From contig CAVZZO010000001.1 of assembly GCA_963779755.1 (NCBI GenBank), positions 1,760,001 through 1,824,000 of the forward strand: a DNA stretch of 64,000 bases, read 5' to 3'. Numbering within the stretch: position 1 is the first letter of the stretch; every line of letters starts with the position of its first letter. The notes under the pieces were generated by a model that was not told where the DNA came from, did no database searches, and worked only from the letters and a program-made list of their open reading frames with translations. This DNA comes from an uncultured Gemmatimonadales bacterium (GTDB lineage Bacteria; Gemmatimonadota; Gemmatimonadetes; Gemmatimonadales; GWC2-71-9). Made by a program: the position numbers and the translations under genes. Positions 1 to 8,846 of the stretch are shown here, one piece after another.

Positions 1-2
1 CG

Positions 3-27
3 TACCGCCGTTACCGCCGTTACCGCC
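3..27. repeat. Short tandem repeat, 9-mer (T)TACCGCCG x3, just downstream of the glnA stop; possibly truncated by the window edge
   Basis: Direct reading: taccgccg ttaccgccg ttaccgcc. Confidence 0.7.
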
Positions 28-35
28 TGACCGGC

Positions 36-1499
36 CTACGCGTCGTAATACAGGAAGAACTCGTAGGGATGGGGCCGCAGGTTCATGGGGGCGACATCCT
101 TCGCCCGTTTCATGGCGAGCCAGGTTTCGATCAGGTCCGGGGTAAACACGTCGCCGGCGAGGAGGAACTGGTGATCGCTCTCCAGGGCATCGAGCGCCTC
201 GGCGAGCGAGCCGGGGGTGTTGCGGATGGCCGCCTTGCGGGCGTCGTCCAGCTGGTAGAGGTCTTCGTCAATGGGCGGCGGCGGCTCCAGCCCGCGCAGG
301 ACGCCGTCCAGCCCGGCCATCAGCATGGCCGAGAAGGCCAGGTAGGGGTTGGCCGTCGGGTCGGGGGCGCGGAATTCTACCCGCCGGGCCCCGGGGCTCG
401 CCGAGTAGGCGGGGATGCGGCAGATGGCGGAGCGGTTCCGCTGGGAATACATCAGGTTGACCGGCGCCTCGAAGCCGGGCACCAGCCGCCGGTAGCTGTT
501 GGTGGTCGGCGCGCAGAGGGCCAGCAGGGCGCTGGCGTGGGTGATGAGGCCGCCGATGTAGTGCCGGGCGGTGTCGGAGAGCAGCCCATAGCTCCCGGGG
601 CTGAAGAACAGGTTGGTGTCGCTGTTCCAGAGCGACTGGTGCACGTGCATGCCGGAGCCGTTGTCGCCGAAGAGCGGCTTGGGCATGAAGGTGGCCGTCA
701 GGCCCAGGGAATGGCAGACGTTCTTCACCAGGTACTTGTAGGCCAGCAACCGGTCGGCCGTCTGCACCAGGGTACCGAACCGGAAGTCGATCTCGCATTG
801 TCCCGCGGTCGCCACCTCGTGGTGCTGGGCCTCGACCGGAATCCCTGCCTGCAGCAAGGCCAGCATGATCTTCGAACGCACGTCCTGGAGGCGGTCCACC
901 GGCGGCACCGGGAAATACCCTTCCTTGTGGCGGGGACGGTGGCCCAGGTTGGGGGTCCCGTTGCGGCCGCTGTTCCAGACGCCTTCTTCGGAATCGACGT
1001 GGTAATAGGCCTCGTGGGCGTTCTGATCGAAGCGCACCGAGTTGAACACAAAGAACTCCGCCTCGGGGCCCCAGTAGCTGGTGGTGGCAATCCCGCTGGT
1101 TCGCAGATACTCCTCTGCCTTGAAGGCCACGAAGCGCGGATCGCGGGAGTAGGGCTCCAGCGTGGTGGGATCGTAGATGTCGCAGGCGACTGACAGCGTC
1201 GGCACCGCCAGGGCCGGGTCCACGAAGGCCGTGGTCAGGTCGGGCAGCAGCAGCATGTCGCTTTCATGGATCGCCTGAAAGCCGCGAATGGACGAGCCGT
1301 CGAAGCCCAGCCCCTCGCGGACCAGCTCCTCCGTCAGCGCCGCGGCCGGAATGGAAAAGTGCTGCCAGGTGCCGGGCAGGTCGCAGAACTTGACGTCCAC
1401 CACCTGGATCTGCTGCTGGCGGATGAGATCGGCAACCTGCTGGTATAGCGCGGAGCTCCCGGCGGCGAGCCGGGTCGTGGGGCGGGCGGTGGTGGCCAT
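36..1499 (-). CDS. glnA: Type I glutamine synthetase
   Basis: FDGSSIRGF, HHEVATAGQCEI, ATFMPKP, NGSGMHVHQSLW, RNRSA, EFRAPDP motifs. ATG at 1499 is preceded by a GAGG SD (ORF track starts at 1517). Confidence 0.97.
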   Translation of the reverse strand: MATTARPTTRLAAGSSALYQQVADLIRQQQIQVVDVKFCDLPGTWQHFSIPAAALTEELVREGLGFDGSSIRGFQAIHESDMLLLPDLTTAFVDPALAVPTLSVACDIYDPTTLEPYSRDPRFVAFKAEEYLRTSGIATTSYWGPEAEFFVFNSVRFDQNAHEAYYHVDSEEGVWNSGRNGTPNLGHRPRHKEGYFPVPPVDRLQDVRSKIMLALLQAGIPVEAQHHEVATAGQCEIDFRFGTLVQTADRLLAYKYLVKNVCHSLGLTATFMPKPLFGDNGSGMHVHQSLWNSDTNLFFSPGSYGLLSDTARHYIGGLITHASALLALCAPTTNSYRRLVPGFEAPVNLMYSQRNRSAICRIPAYSASPGARRVEFRAPDPTANPYLAFSAMLMAGLDGVLRGLEPPPPIDEDLYQLDDARKAAIRNTPGSLAEALDALESDHQFLLAGDVFTPDLIETWLAMKRAKDVAPMNLRPHPYEFFLYYDA

Positions 1500-1546
1500 G
1501 AAGAATACCTCAAGCAACGGGGTGCGGGGCCGCTGGGGACGGCAGG

Positions 1547-1575
1547 ACGATAATATCGCCGACCCAGCCTGTCAA
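1547..1575 (-). promoter_or_regulatory. Putative sigma70 promoter of glnA
   Basis: Minus strand TTGACA-17 nt-TATCGT, about 50 nt upstream of the ATG. Confidence 0.6.
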
Positions 1576-1785
1576 TGAAATCGTGCACAATATGCACTGC
1601 CAGGTTCGGATAATGCACAAATATCGCCATTGATCGCTTGGATGACATGAAAACTCTGCAATATTGGCAAGATATTGTAGCCATATGAGATAAACGGTAC
1701 GGCCGGCTCCTCAGGCCGGTCGGCGGGAGGGGCGATCCTGTGGCCACCCCGCCGCAGCCCCGCCGCATGTATCTTGGTGCGACCT

Positions 1786-1830
1786 CCTGATCCCTGATCC
1801 CTGATCCCTGATCCCTGATTCCCGATCCCT
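1786..1830. repeat. Heptamer tandem repeat (TCCCTGA)n, about 6 copies
   Basis: cctga tccctga tccctga tccctga tccctga ttcccga tccct; related copy at 5302-5327. Confidence 0.85.
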
Positions 1831-1835
1831 CTCCT

Positions 1836-3521
1836 GTGCCCACCTGTCCCGCCTGCCAGACCCCGCTGCCTGAAGGCGCCGCCTTCTGTTCCCAGTGCGG
1901 CGCCGGCACCCCCAGCGGGGCGGCCCCCGGTCCAGCCGGGGAAATCGACGCCAGGCTGCGGGCCGCCCTCGGTCCCCAGTACCAGGTACGCCGGCTCCTG
2001 GGGCAGGGAGGCTTTGCCCTGGTGTTCGAGGTGTGGGATGCGGAGCTGGAGCGCCGCCTGGCCCTCAAGGTGCTGCGCCCGGATCTGGCCTGGACGACCG
2101 GGATGCTGGACCGCTTCCGCCACGAGGCCCGCATCCTGGCCCGGCTGCAGGACCCGCACATTCTTCCCATCCACTTCGTGGGCGAAGCCGGGGGGCTGAC
2201 CTATTACGCCATGCCGTTTGTGGAAGGCCGTTCGCTGGGTGATCTGCTGCGCAGCGACGGCGCGCTGGACCCCGGGCGTGCCGTCGCCATCATCCGGCCG
2301 GTGCTGGAGGCGCTGGAGCACGCCCATAGCCTCGGGCTCGTTCACCGCGACGTGAAGCCCGAGAACGTGATGCTGGAAAAGGGGACCGGCCGCGTGGTGC
2401 TGGTGGATTTCGGGATCGCCAAGCAGGTGAACGGCCACGGGCCCGGGCTCACCCAGACCGGCCTGGCCGTGGGCACGCCGCATTACATGAGTCCGGAGCA
2501 GGCGCTGGGGCAGGGCAACATCGATCACCGTGCCGACATCTACGCCGCCGGCGCCATGCTCTATCAGATGGTGACCGGCACCCCGCCGTTCGAGGGAGAG
2601 ACCTCCCAGGAAATCGTCGGCAAGCATATCGCCGAGCCGGTGCCCCGGCCCAGCGCGCGGAATGCCCGCATTCCCGGCTGGCTGTCCGATGTGATCGTCC
2701 GCTGCCTGGCCAAGCGGCCGGGCGAGCGCTTCCAGTCCGCCCGCCGGGTGCTGGAGGCGCTGGACGAGGGCCGCAAATCCGGGCCGCAGCAGGCCATCAG
2801 CGCCGACAGCCTGGCCCGGCGGTTGCGGGCCGAAGACCAGCCGACCGCCGTCATTCCCTCAAGGGAACGGCCGGCCGCCGCGGACGCGCCCACCACTCCC
2901 CTGCCCGTCGCGGGCCGGCGGCGTGGCCGAATCGGCTGGCTGCTGCCCCTGTTGCTCCTGCTTGCCGCCGCGGTCGCCTGGTTCTGGCTCTCCCGTCCCC
3001 GGCTGATGGTGGTAAACCAGCTGGTGGAGCCGGTGCGCCTCAGCCTGGCCGGCACCGAAAGGGAGCTGGGGCCGGGCGATACCCTGCGAGTGGTGCTTTC
3101 CCGTGGTCGCCAGGCCATTCTGCAGTGGTTCGTGGTGCAGCCGCGCTCCCCGGGAGGTCGTACCCTGGGCGATCCGATGCAGGGCACCTTCACCGAGGCG
3201 CGCCCGCAGGGCCGGCTGGAGTGGCACATTACCCCGGCCAGCGCAGGCGATCCCTTCTTCGCGCCGCTCATCACCAATGCGGCATCGCAGGGGCTGCGGA
3301 TTATCGTCAACGCCGGGCTGCAAGGCCAGGTGGATTGCGACTGCAGCGTTCCCGCCGGAGCGGAACACGCGCACCTCGGCTACTACCGGCTCTATGCCAA
3401 CAGCCGGGTACGCGCCATCGCGCCGGGCGGGCGGAGCGCCCTGTTCCAGGACCTGGCGGCCCACGTGGATTCGACGGATGGATCCGTGGGTCTGCGGTTC
3501 GAACGCAAGGATTTCCAGTAG
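1836..3521 (+). CDS. Hanks-type Ser/Thr protein kinase with N-terminal zinc ribbon, one TM helix and a C-terminal extracytoplasmic domain
   Basis: CPAC...CSQC; LGQGGFALV, ALKVL, HRDVKPEN, DFGIAK, GTPHYMSPEQ; hydrophobic WLLPLLLLLAAAVAWFWL. Confidence 0.93.
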   Translation: MPTCPACQTPLPEGAAFCSQCGAGTPSGAAPGPAGEIDARLRAALGPQYQVRRLLGQGGFALVFEVWDAELERRLALKVLRPDLAWTTGMLDRFRHEARILARLQDPHILPIHFVGEAGGLTYYAMPFVEGRSLGDLLRSDGALDPGRAVAIIRPVLEALEHAHSLGLVHRDVKPENVMLEKGTGRVVLVDFGIAKQVNGHGPGLTQTGLAVGTPHYMSPEQALGQGNIDHRADIYAAGAMLYQMVTGTPPFEGETSQEIVGKHIAEPVPRPSARNARIPGWLSDVIVRCLAKRPGERFQSARRVLEALDEGRKSGPQQAISADSLARRLRAEDQPTAVIPSRERPAAADAPTTPLPVAGRRRGRIGWLLPLLLLLAAAVAWFWLSRPRLMVVNQLVEPVRLSLAGTERELGPGDTLRVVLSRGRQAILQWFVVQPRSPGGRTLGDPMQGTFTEARPQGRLEWHITPASAGDPFFAPLITNAASQGLRIIVNAGLQGQVDCDCSVPAGAEHAHLGYYRLYANSRVRAIAPGGRSALFQDLAAHVDSTDGSVGLRFERKDFQ

Positions 3522-3609
3522 CGTGAGGAGCGCGCAACCTTTTCCGGCCGGGGACCGTCTTAATGCATCCCGAAGGTACAGGCCCACACCCCTTACTCGA
3601 GAACCAGCG

Positions 3610-4041
3610 ATGACCCACACCCCCCTCATGCCGTCTCCCGGAGCCGAGACGACCTGGCAGGATGATATCCGCACGGTGGAGAACGAAGCCCGGGAGGCCT
3701 TCTTCCGCGCAGACCTCGCCGCCCTCGACCGGATCTTCTCCGCGGATTTCCTGGTCAACTCGCCCCTGAACATGGTGAACGACAAGGTGGGCCTGCTGGC
3801 GGCGCTGCGCACGGGGCGTATTCGTCATACCTCGTACCTTGCGGAAATCGAGGCCATGGCGCGCTACGGTGATACCGTCGTGGTGATGGGCAACGATACG
3901 GTGACCGACCCGCCCGAGGAGATGATCACCCGGCGGCGCTACACCAACATCTGGCAGCTGCGGGAGGGCCGATGGCAGTTCATCGCCCGGCATGCGCAGG
4001 CGGTGTCGCGGGAAGCGAAACCGGCGGCCTCGCAGGCGTGA
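3610..4041 (+). CDS. NTF2-like/DUF4440 family protein
   Basis: D-L-A-A-L-D-R-I-F-S-A-D-F, YGDTVVV, RRYTNIWQLREGRWQFIARH; in-frame ATG at 3610. Confidence 0.8.
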   Translation: MTHTPLMPSPGAETTWQDDIRTVENEAREAFFRADLAALDRIFSADFLVNSPLNMVNDKVGLLAALRTGRIRHTSYLAEIEAMARYGDTVVVMGNDTVTDPPEEMITRRRYTNIWQLREGRWQFIARHAQAVSREAKPAASQA

Positions 4042-4051
4042 GCGGCCGTGA

Positions 4052-4089
4052 GACGTAAGGAGTAAGGCGTGAGCCTTACCCCTTACGTC
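4052..4089. terminator. Hairpin between convergent genes (likely bidirectional terminator)
   Basis: GACGTAAGGAGTAAGGC-GTGA-GCCTTACCCCTTACGTC, near-perfect 17-bp stem overlapping the dinB stop. Confidence 0.6.
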
Positions 4090-5297
4090 CTGCGGTCGTT
4101 CCTTCCCCCCTTTCCCCGTTCCCGCGTCCCCGCCGTAATCGCGCGCTGCACCGCGTCAAACCCGTACTTCTCCCGCACCCGGTCCACCGCCCGGGTGAGC
4201 TCCCGGGCGCGGCGGCGCGCCTCCGGCTCGAAGAGGTCGGGCGGATCGGCCGGCTGCAGATTGGTGGCGCCGAGTCCGATCAGGCGGATGCCCTGGTCCC
4301 GCCGGCGCGCCTCGGCGAACGCGGGGCCGAAGAGCGCCCGTGCGGCACTCAGCAGTTCCGGATCGAGATCGGTGGCCGTCTCCAGGGTGCGGCTCCGGGT
4401 GATGGTGCGAAAGTCGCCGTGCCTGAGCTTCAGCGTGACGGTGCGGGCGGTCAGGCCTTCGCCCCGCAGTTGGGCGCCCACCCGGGCGGCGAAGAGGGCC
4501 AGGATCTTCTCCAGCCGGGCCGGATCGACGGCATCGCGCCCCAGGGTGGTCTCGCGGCTGATCGATTTGGGACTGGCGTGGGGGGTGAGGCGCGCGCTCG
4601 CCTGGCCGTGCGCCCGCCGCTTCAGGCCGGCGGCCTCGTCACCCAGCACCCGCCGCAGCTCCTCCAGGCTCATGCCCTGCACCTGCCAGACGCCGGTCAG
4701 GCCGCGGTCGGCCAGCCGCTGGGCGGAACGGGGGCCGATGCCGGGCAGCGCCCGCAGTTCCAGGCCGGCGAGGAATCCCTCCTCCCAGCCTGGCCGCACT
4801 TCGAGCAGCCCGCGCGGCTTGGCCGCGTCGGACGCGAGCTTGGCGACCATGCGATTGGGCCCGATCCCGATGCTGCAGTCGAGCCCGCTGGCGGCGTGGA
4901 CCGCGCGGCGCAGTTCTTCCGCCACCGGCAGCAGGGACACCGGGTACAGCAGTTCGGTGCCGGTGAAGTCGAGGTAGGCCTCGTCCAGGGAAGCCATGAC
5001 GACGGTGGGCGAGAATTGGCGCAGCACGCCCGCCACCTGGAGGGACGCGTCCCGGTAATCGGCGAAGGCGCCCTGGTGAAAGGTGGCTCCGGGGCAGAGA
5101 CGCGCCGCCTGCGCGATCGGCATGCCGGAGCGTACGCCATAGCGGCGGGCGCCATATGAGGCGGACTGCACCACGCCGCGCTGATCCCTCCGGCCGCCGA
5201 CCACGAGCAACTCGACCTCGCGCAGCCCGGGATTCCGTTGCCGGCATACCTCCACGAAGAAGGCATCCAGATCCACGTGCAGAATGCGTGGGGGCAT
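4083..5297 (-). CDS. dinB: DNA polymerase IV (Y family)
   Basis: ILHVDLDAFF, SYGARRYGVRSGM, SLDEAYLD, AKLASDAAKP, LPGIG, KSISRETT. Confidence 0.95.
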   Translation of the reverse strand: MPPRILHVDLDAFFVEVCRQRNPGLREVELLVVGGRRDQRGVVQSASYGARRYGVRSGMPIAQAARLCPGATFHQGAFADYRDASLQVAGVLRQFSPTVVMASLDEAYLDFTGTELLYPVSLLPVAEELRRAVHAASGLDCSIGIGPNRMVAKLASDAAKPRGLLEVRPGWEEGFLAGLELRALPGIGPRSAQRLADRGLTGVWQVQGMSLEELRRVLGDEAAGLKRRAHGQASARLTPHASPKSISRETTLGRDAVDPARLEKILALFAARVGAQLRGEGLTARTVTLKLRHGDFRTITRSRTLETATDLDPELLSAARALFGPAFAEARRRDQGIRLIGLGATNLQPADPPDLFEPEARRRARELTRAVDRVREKYGFDAVQRAITAGTRERGKGGRNDRRT

Positions 5298-5327
5298 GAC
5301 CTCCCTGATTCCCGATTCCTGATTCCG

Positions 5328-6386
5328 TCAGACCAGATGTACCGCCATGGTCTTGAAGGTAGCGGTGACCTGGTCGCCCGGGGCGAGCCCCATTTCTCCG
5401 GCGGATTCGGTGGTGACGGCGGCCACCAGGGGCCGGCCTACGTCCAGATAGACGTAGGTCACCGGGCCGGCCCGTTCCAGCCGCTCGACCCTCCCGGCAA
5501 AGCGGTTGCGGGCCGAGCTGGGGGCGGGGGCACGACTCAGCATTATGTCCTCGGGCCGGATGATGGCGTGCATGGCTCCCGCCCGCTCGGCCACCACGTC
5601 GAATTCCAGGGGGCCGCTGCGGAAGCGGGCGGCGAAGGGCGGCGGGCCGCCGCTGGCCGGCGTGGCGGCGCCGGGCAGAATGTTGCCGATCCCGACGAAG
5701 CGGGCCACGAACGCGGAGGCGGGATATCGGAAGACCTGCTCGGGCGGCCCCTGCTGCACGATGCGCCCCTGGTGGAGGATCACCACCTGCTCGCCCAGGC
5801 GAAGGGCGTCCTCGAAATCGTGCGTGACCTGCAGGGTGGTGATGCCCTCACGCTCGTGCAGCTGGCGCAGGTCGCGGCGGAGCGCGTGGCGCATGGCGGG
5901 ATCGATCGCCGTAAAGGGCTCATCCAGCAGGAGAATCCCGGGCCGGCCCGCCAGGGCCCGCGCCAGGGCCACGCGCTGCCGCTCGCCCCCGGACAGGCGG
6001 GTGACAGCCCGCCCCAGCAGCGCTTCGATGCCCAGCATCGCGGCGAGCTCGCGGACTCTCGCCTCGCGCGGGCCGGCGCGGCCCCGGCCGGCGGGCAGCC
6101 CATAGCCGATGTTGTCCCGCACCGAGAGATGCGGGAAGAGATGGTGGGCCTGATACACCAGTCCCAGACCCCGCTCCTCCGGCGGCAGGAAGGTGGCATC
6201 GTGGCCCGAGAGGGTCACCCGGCCCTGCAGCGCCGGCACGTGACCCGCCAGCACGTCCAGCAGCGTGGTCTTGCCCGAGCCCGTCGGTCCCAGGATCATG
6301 GCATAGCCGCCCGCCGGCACCTCGAAGGAGATATTCTCGAGGGTGAAGGCGCCCACGCGCGCGGCGAGTCCCTCGACCCGGATCAT
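5328..6386 (-). CDS. Molybdate/tungstate-type ABC transporter ATPase with C-terminal TOBE domain (ModC/WtpC-like)
   Basis: GPTGSGKT, LSGGERQR, LLLDEP, VTHD; C-terminal SSARN...LAPGDQVTATFK. Confidence 0.85.
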   Translation of the reverse strand: MIRVEGLAARVGAFTLENISFEVPAGGYAMILGPTGSGKTTLLDVLAGHVPALQGRVTLSGHDATFLPPEERGLGLVYQAHHLFPHLSVRDNIGYGLPAGRGRAGPREARVRELAAMLGIEALLGRAVTRLSGGERQRVALARALAGRPGILLLDEPFTAIDPAMRHALRRDLRQLHEREGITTLQVTHDFEDALRLGEQVVILHQGRIVQQGPPEQVFRYPASAFVARFVGIGNILPGAATPASGGPPPFAARFRSGPLEFDVVAERAGAMHAIIRPEDIMLSRAPAPSSARNRFAGRVERLERAGPVTYVYLDVGRPLVAAVTTESAGEMGLAPGDQVTATFKTMAVHLV

Positions 6387-7180
6387 TGCGGCGGTTCCGG
6401 GTGCAGGAGACGCAGGCCGGCGAACACCAGCAGTGCCAGGAGGAGCAGCAGGACGGCGGCGGGAACGGCGGCGGGCAGGCCGAAGGAGGTGAACCGGTCG
6501 AAGATCAGGACGCTCGCCACCTTGGGATTGTAGGTCAGGATGACGATCGCGCCGAACTCACTGATGCTGCGGGCCCAGGCCAGGATGGCGCCGGCCAGAA
6601 TCCCCCGGCCGGCCAGCGGCAGGGTCACCCGCCGGAAGGCCCGCCAGGGTGAGTCGCCCAGACTGCGAGCAACCTGTTCCAGCCGGGGATCCACCTGGCG
6701 GAACGCCTCCCGCGCGCCGCTCACCAGCAGCGGCGCCGAGACGAACAGCATGGCGGCGACGATCCCGGGGACGTGGCTCACGAACTCCAGGCCCAGCCGT
6801 CCCAGGACCGATCCCACCGGCGAGTGCCGGCCCAGGAAGAGCAGCAGCGCGATGCCGGCGACGGGGTGGGGCACAACCACGGGCAATTCCACCAGTCCCT
6901 GGATGAAGCGGGCGCCCGGCAGCCGCATCCGGGCCAGGCCGTAGGCCAGGGGGACTCCCAGCAGTATGGCGATGGCGGTGGCGCAGGTGGCGGTGGCGAT
7001 GGTCAGGACGATGGCAGCCTGAAGTTCGCTGTCCTGCAGCATGGCCACCCAGGCCCCGGGGCTGGCCGCCAGCAGCAGCCGCAGCAATGGTCCGACGATA
7101 AACAGGACCAGCAGGGCGCCGAGCGCCGCGGGAATCAACCGGCGCCGAGAGTATAGACGGAACATTCCGACCGTCCGCAC
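6383..7180 (-). CDS. Molybdate/tungstate ABC permease (ModB/WtpB-like); start may be ATG at 7165
   Basis: LPVVVPHPVAGIALL, VDPRLEQVARSLG, WARSISEFGA; overlaps the ATPase start. Confidence 0.85.
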   Translation of the reverse strand: MRTVGMFRLYSRRRLIPAALGALLVLFIVGPLLRLLLAASPGAWVAMLQDSELQAAIVLTIATATCATAIAILLGVPLAYGLARMRLPGARFIQGLVELPVVVPHPVAGIALLLFLGRHSPVGSVLGRLGLEFVSHVPGIVAAMLFVSAPLLVSGAREAFRQVDPRLEQVARSLGDSPWRAFRRVTLPLAGRGILAGAILAWARSISEFGAIVILTYNPKVASVLIFDRFTSFGLPAAVPAAVLLLLLALLVFAGLRLLHPEPPQ

Positions 7181-7189
7181 CAGAGGGTG

Positions 7190-7412
7190 AGCGGCTCAGT
7201 GGTGACGCGGAATTACAGCAACGCCGTGAAGTATATCGGGGCCGATGGCGTGGTCACGACCGACGGCACCAGCCGCCGCGGCCGTGGGCCTCGATCGCAT
7301 CGATCAGGATAATCTCCTGCCGGCACCAGCCATACCTATCCCGCCGACGGTCACCGGCGGCGGTCTGAGCGATTCGCAGACCCGGACCGTCAACGTCACC
7401 TGCGGCCCCACC
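7190..7412 (+). pseudogene. Possible degraded remnant of a PKD/Ig-like domain gene
   Basis: SHTYPA (from 7328) and, in another frame, TVTGGGLSDSQTRTVNVT (from 7347) resemble the PKD pattern HTY...TVT(D)..G.S.S.T.TV.V with an internal frameshifting deletion. Confidence 0.4.
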
Positions 7413-7489
7413 CTCGGTTTCGCTTTTCGGGCCTCGCGGGCGGCCGCGCGCGGATTATCTTGCGCACCACGCCAGCGAAGGAGAACGAC

Positions 7490-8377
7490 ATGGACATCGG
7501 CTTTCTGGGCCTGGGCGCGATCGGCACGCCCATGGCGGCCCGTGTCGCCGCGCGGCACCGGCTCACCGTTTGGAACCGCACCGCCGGGCGGGCTCGCGAG
7601 TTCGCCGCCGCGCACGGCGCGCAGGCGGCGGCCACCCCGCGCGCCCTGGCCGACGCCGCCCAGGTGGTGATTACCTGCCTGCCGACTTCCCGTGAGGTGG
7701 AGGCCGTGCTGGACGGGGCCGACGGTCTGCTGGCCGGCTTGCGGCAGGGCGCCATGCTGCTCGACTGCACCTCGGGCGATCCCGCCACCTCGCGGCGCAT
7801 CGCGGCCCGGCTGGCGGAGCAGGGAGTGGCCTTCGCCGATGCTCCGGTAAGCGGCGGCACCGACGGCGCGGCCGCGGGAACGCTGACCGTCATGGTAGGG
7901 GGCGAGGCGGGGGTCTTCGCCCGCGCGCGTCCGGTGCTGGAGGCGTTCGGGAAGCGGATCGAGCACCTGGGGCCGGTCGGCACCGGCCACGCCATGAAGG
8001 CGGTCAACAACGCGCTGCTGGCGGTCAACATCCTCGCGGTGGGTGAAGGCGCGGCAGCTCTGGTGAAGGCGGGCATCGCTCCCGGGCGGATCTTCGACGT
8101 GCTGAATGCCTCCAGCGGGCGGTCGTTCGTCAGCGAACGTCTGGTGCCCGAGCGGGTGCTCACGGGCCACTTCCCCAACACCTTCCGGCTGGCCCTGCTG
8201 GCCAAGGATGCGGGGATTGCCCAGGAGGCGCTGGTGGAAAGCGGCGTCAACGGGCCCGTACTCGCCGCCGCGCTGGCCCGGCTGCGTGAAGCTCTGGCCC
8301 ACCTGGGCGAGGGGGCGGACTATCTCGAGGCCATCCGGTTCATCGAACGGGCGGCCGGGGTGGAGATCCGCGGGTGA
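7490..8377 (+). CDS. NAD(P)-dependent beta-hydroxyacid dehydrogenase (3-hydroxyisobutyrate dehydrogenase family)
   Basis: IGFLGLGAIGTPMA, WNRT, DAPVSGG, GTLTVMVGG, KAVNN; AGGAG SD before ATG 7490. Confidence 0.92.
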   Translation: MDIGFLGLGAIGTPMAARVAARHRLTVWNRTAGRAREFAAAHGAQAAATPRALADAAQVVITCLPTSREVEAVLDGADGLLAGLRQGAMLLDCTSGDPATSRRIAARLAEQGVAFADAPVSGGTDGAAAGTLTVMVGGEAGVFARARPVLEAFGKRIEHLGPVGTGHAMKAVNNALLAVNILAVGEGAAALVKAGIAPGRIFDVLNASSGRSFVSERLVPERVLTGHFPNTFRLALLAKDAGIAQEALVESGVNGPVLAAALARLREALAHLGEGADYLEAIRFIERAAGVEIRG

Positions 8378-8835
8378 GCGACTGGGCTGCCACGCTGCGG
8401 ATGCCGGCCGAGATCCTGCTGAGCGAGCAGACCGTCCTGCGCGGAGAGCTCCACCTGCAGGCGCGCGTGGCGGTGCACGATGGCGCGGAGACGCCGCTGG
8501 AAATGCTGAACCGGCCCGACCCGTTCTTCCCGCTGAGCCTGCCGGAGGGGGGCGTCGTCTTCGTGGCCAAGGACCAGGTCGCCTGTGTGAACTGCCCGGC
8601 GGAGACGGCCCTGTCGGAGCCGGAACGCCTGGGCGCCGCCCGTGTAGTGCGGCTCGGGGTGGTCCTGGTGGGCGGCGTCGAATGGGCCGGGTGGGCGGCG
8701 CTGGAGCTGCCCCCCACCCACGCACGCGCGCTCGACTATCTCAACAGCTCAGGACCCTTCTTCACGCTGCGCAGCGACGACGCGACCCGCTATGTGCATC
8801 GGCGGCACGTCCGGCTGGCGCGGCCGCTCGACTGA
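8374..8835 (+). CDS. Hypothetical protein with two internal repeats (DUF6812-like)
   Basis: GTGA overlap with the upstream gene; repeats LEMLNRPDPFFPL / LDYLNSSGPFFTL. Confidence 0.65.
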   Translation: MSDWAATLRMPAEILLSEQTVLRGELHLQARVAVHDGAETPLEMLNRPDPFFPLSLPEGGVVFVAKDQVACVNCPAETALSEPERLGAARVVRLGVVLVGGVEWAGWAALELPPTHARALDYLNSSGPFFTLRSDDATRYVHRRHVRLARPLD

Positions 8836-8846
8836 TCCGGGGGACG

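Noticed and set aside
1584..1680. Sigma54 -24/-12 promoter for glnA
   Set aside because: The TGGCA occurrences lack a GC at the required GG-N10-GC spacing
7181..7460. Moco/Wco riboswitch upstream of the Mo/W permease
   Set aside because: I could not build the conserved multi-stem structure by eye; needs an Infernal/Rfam scan
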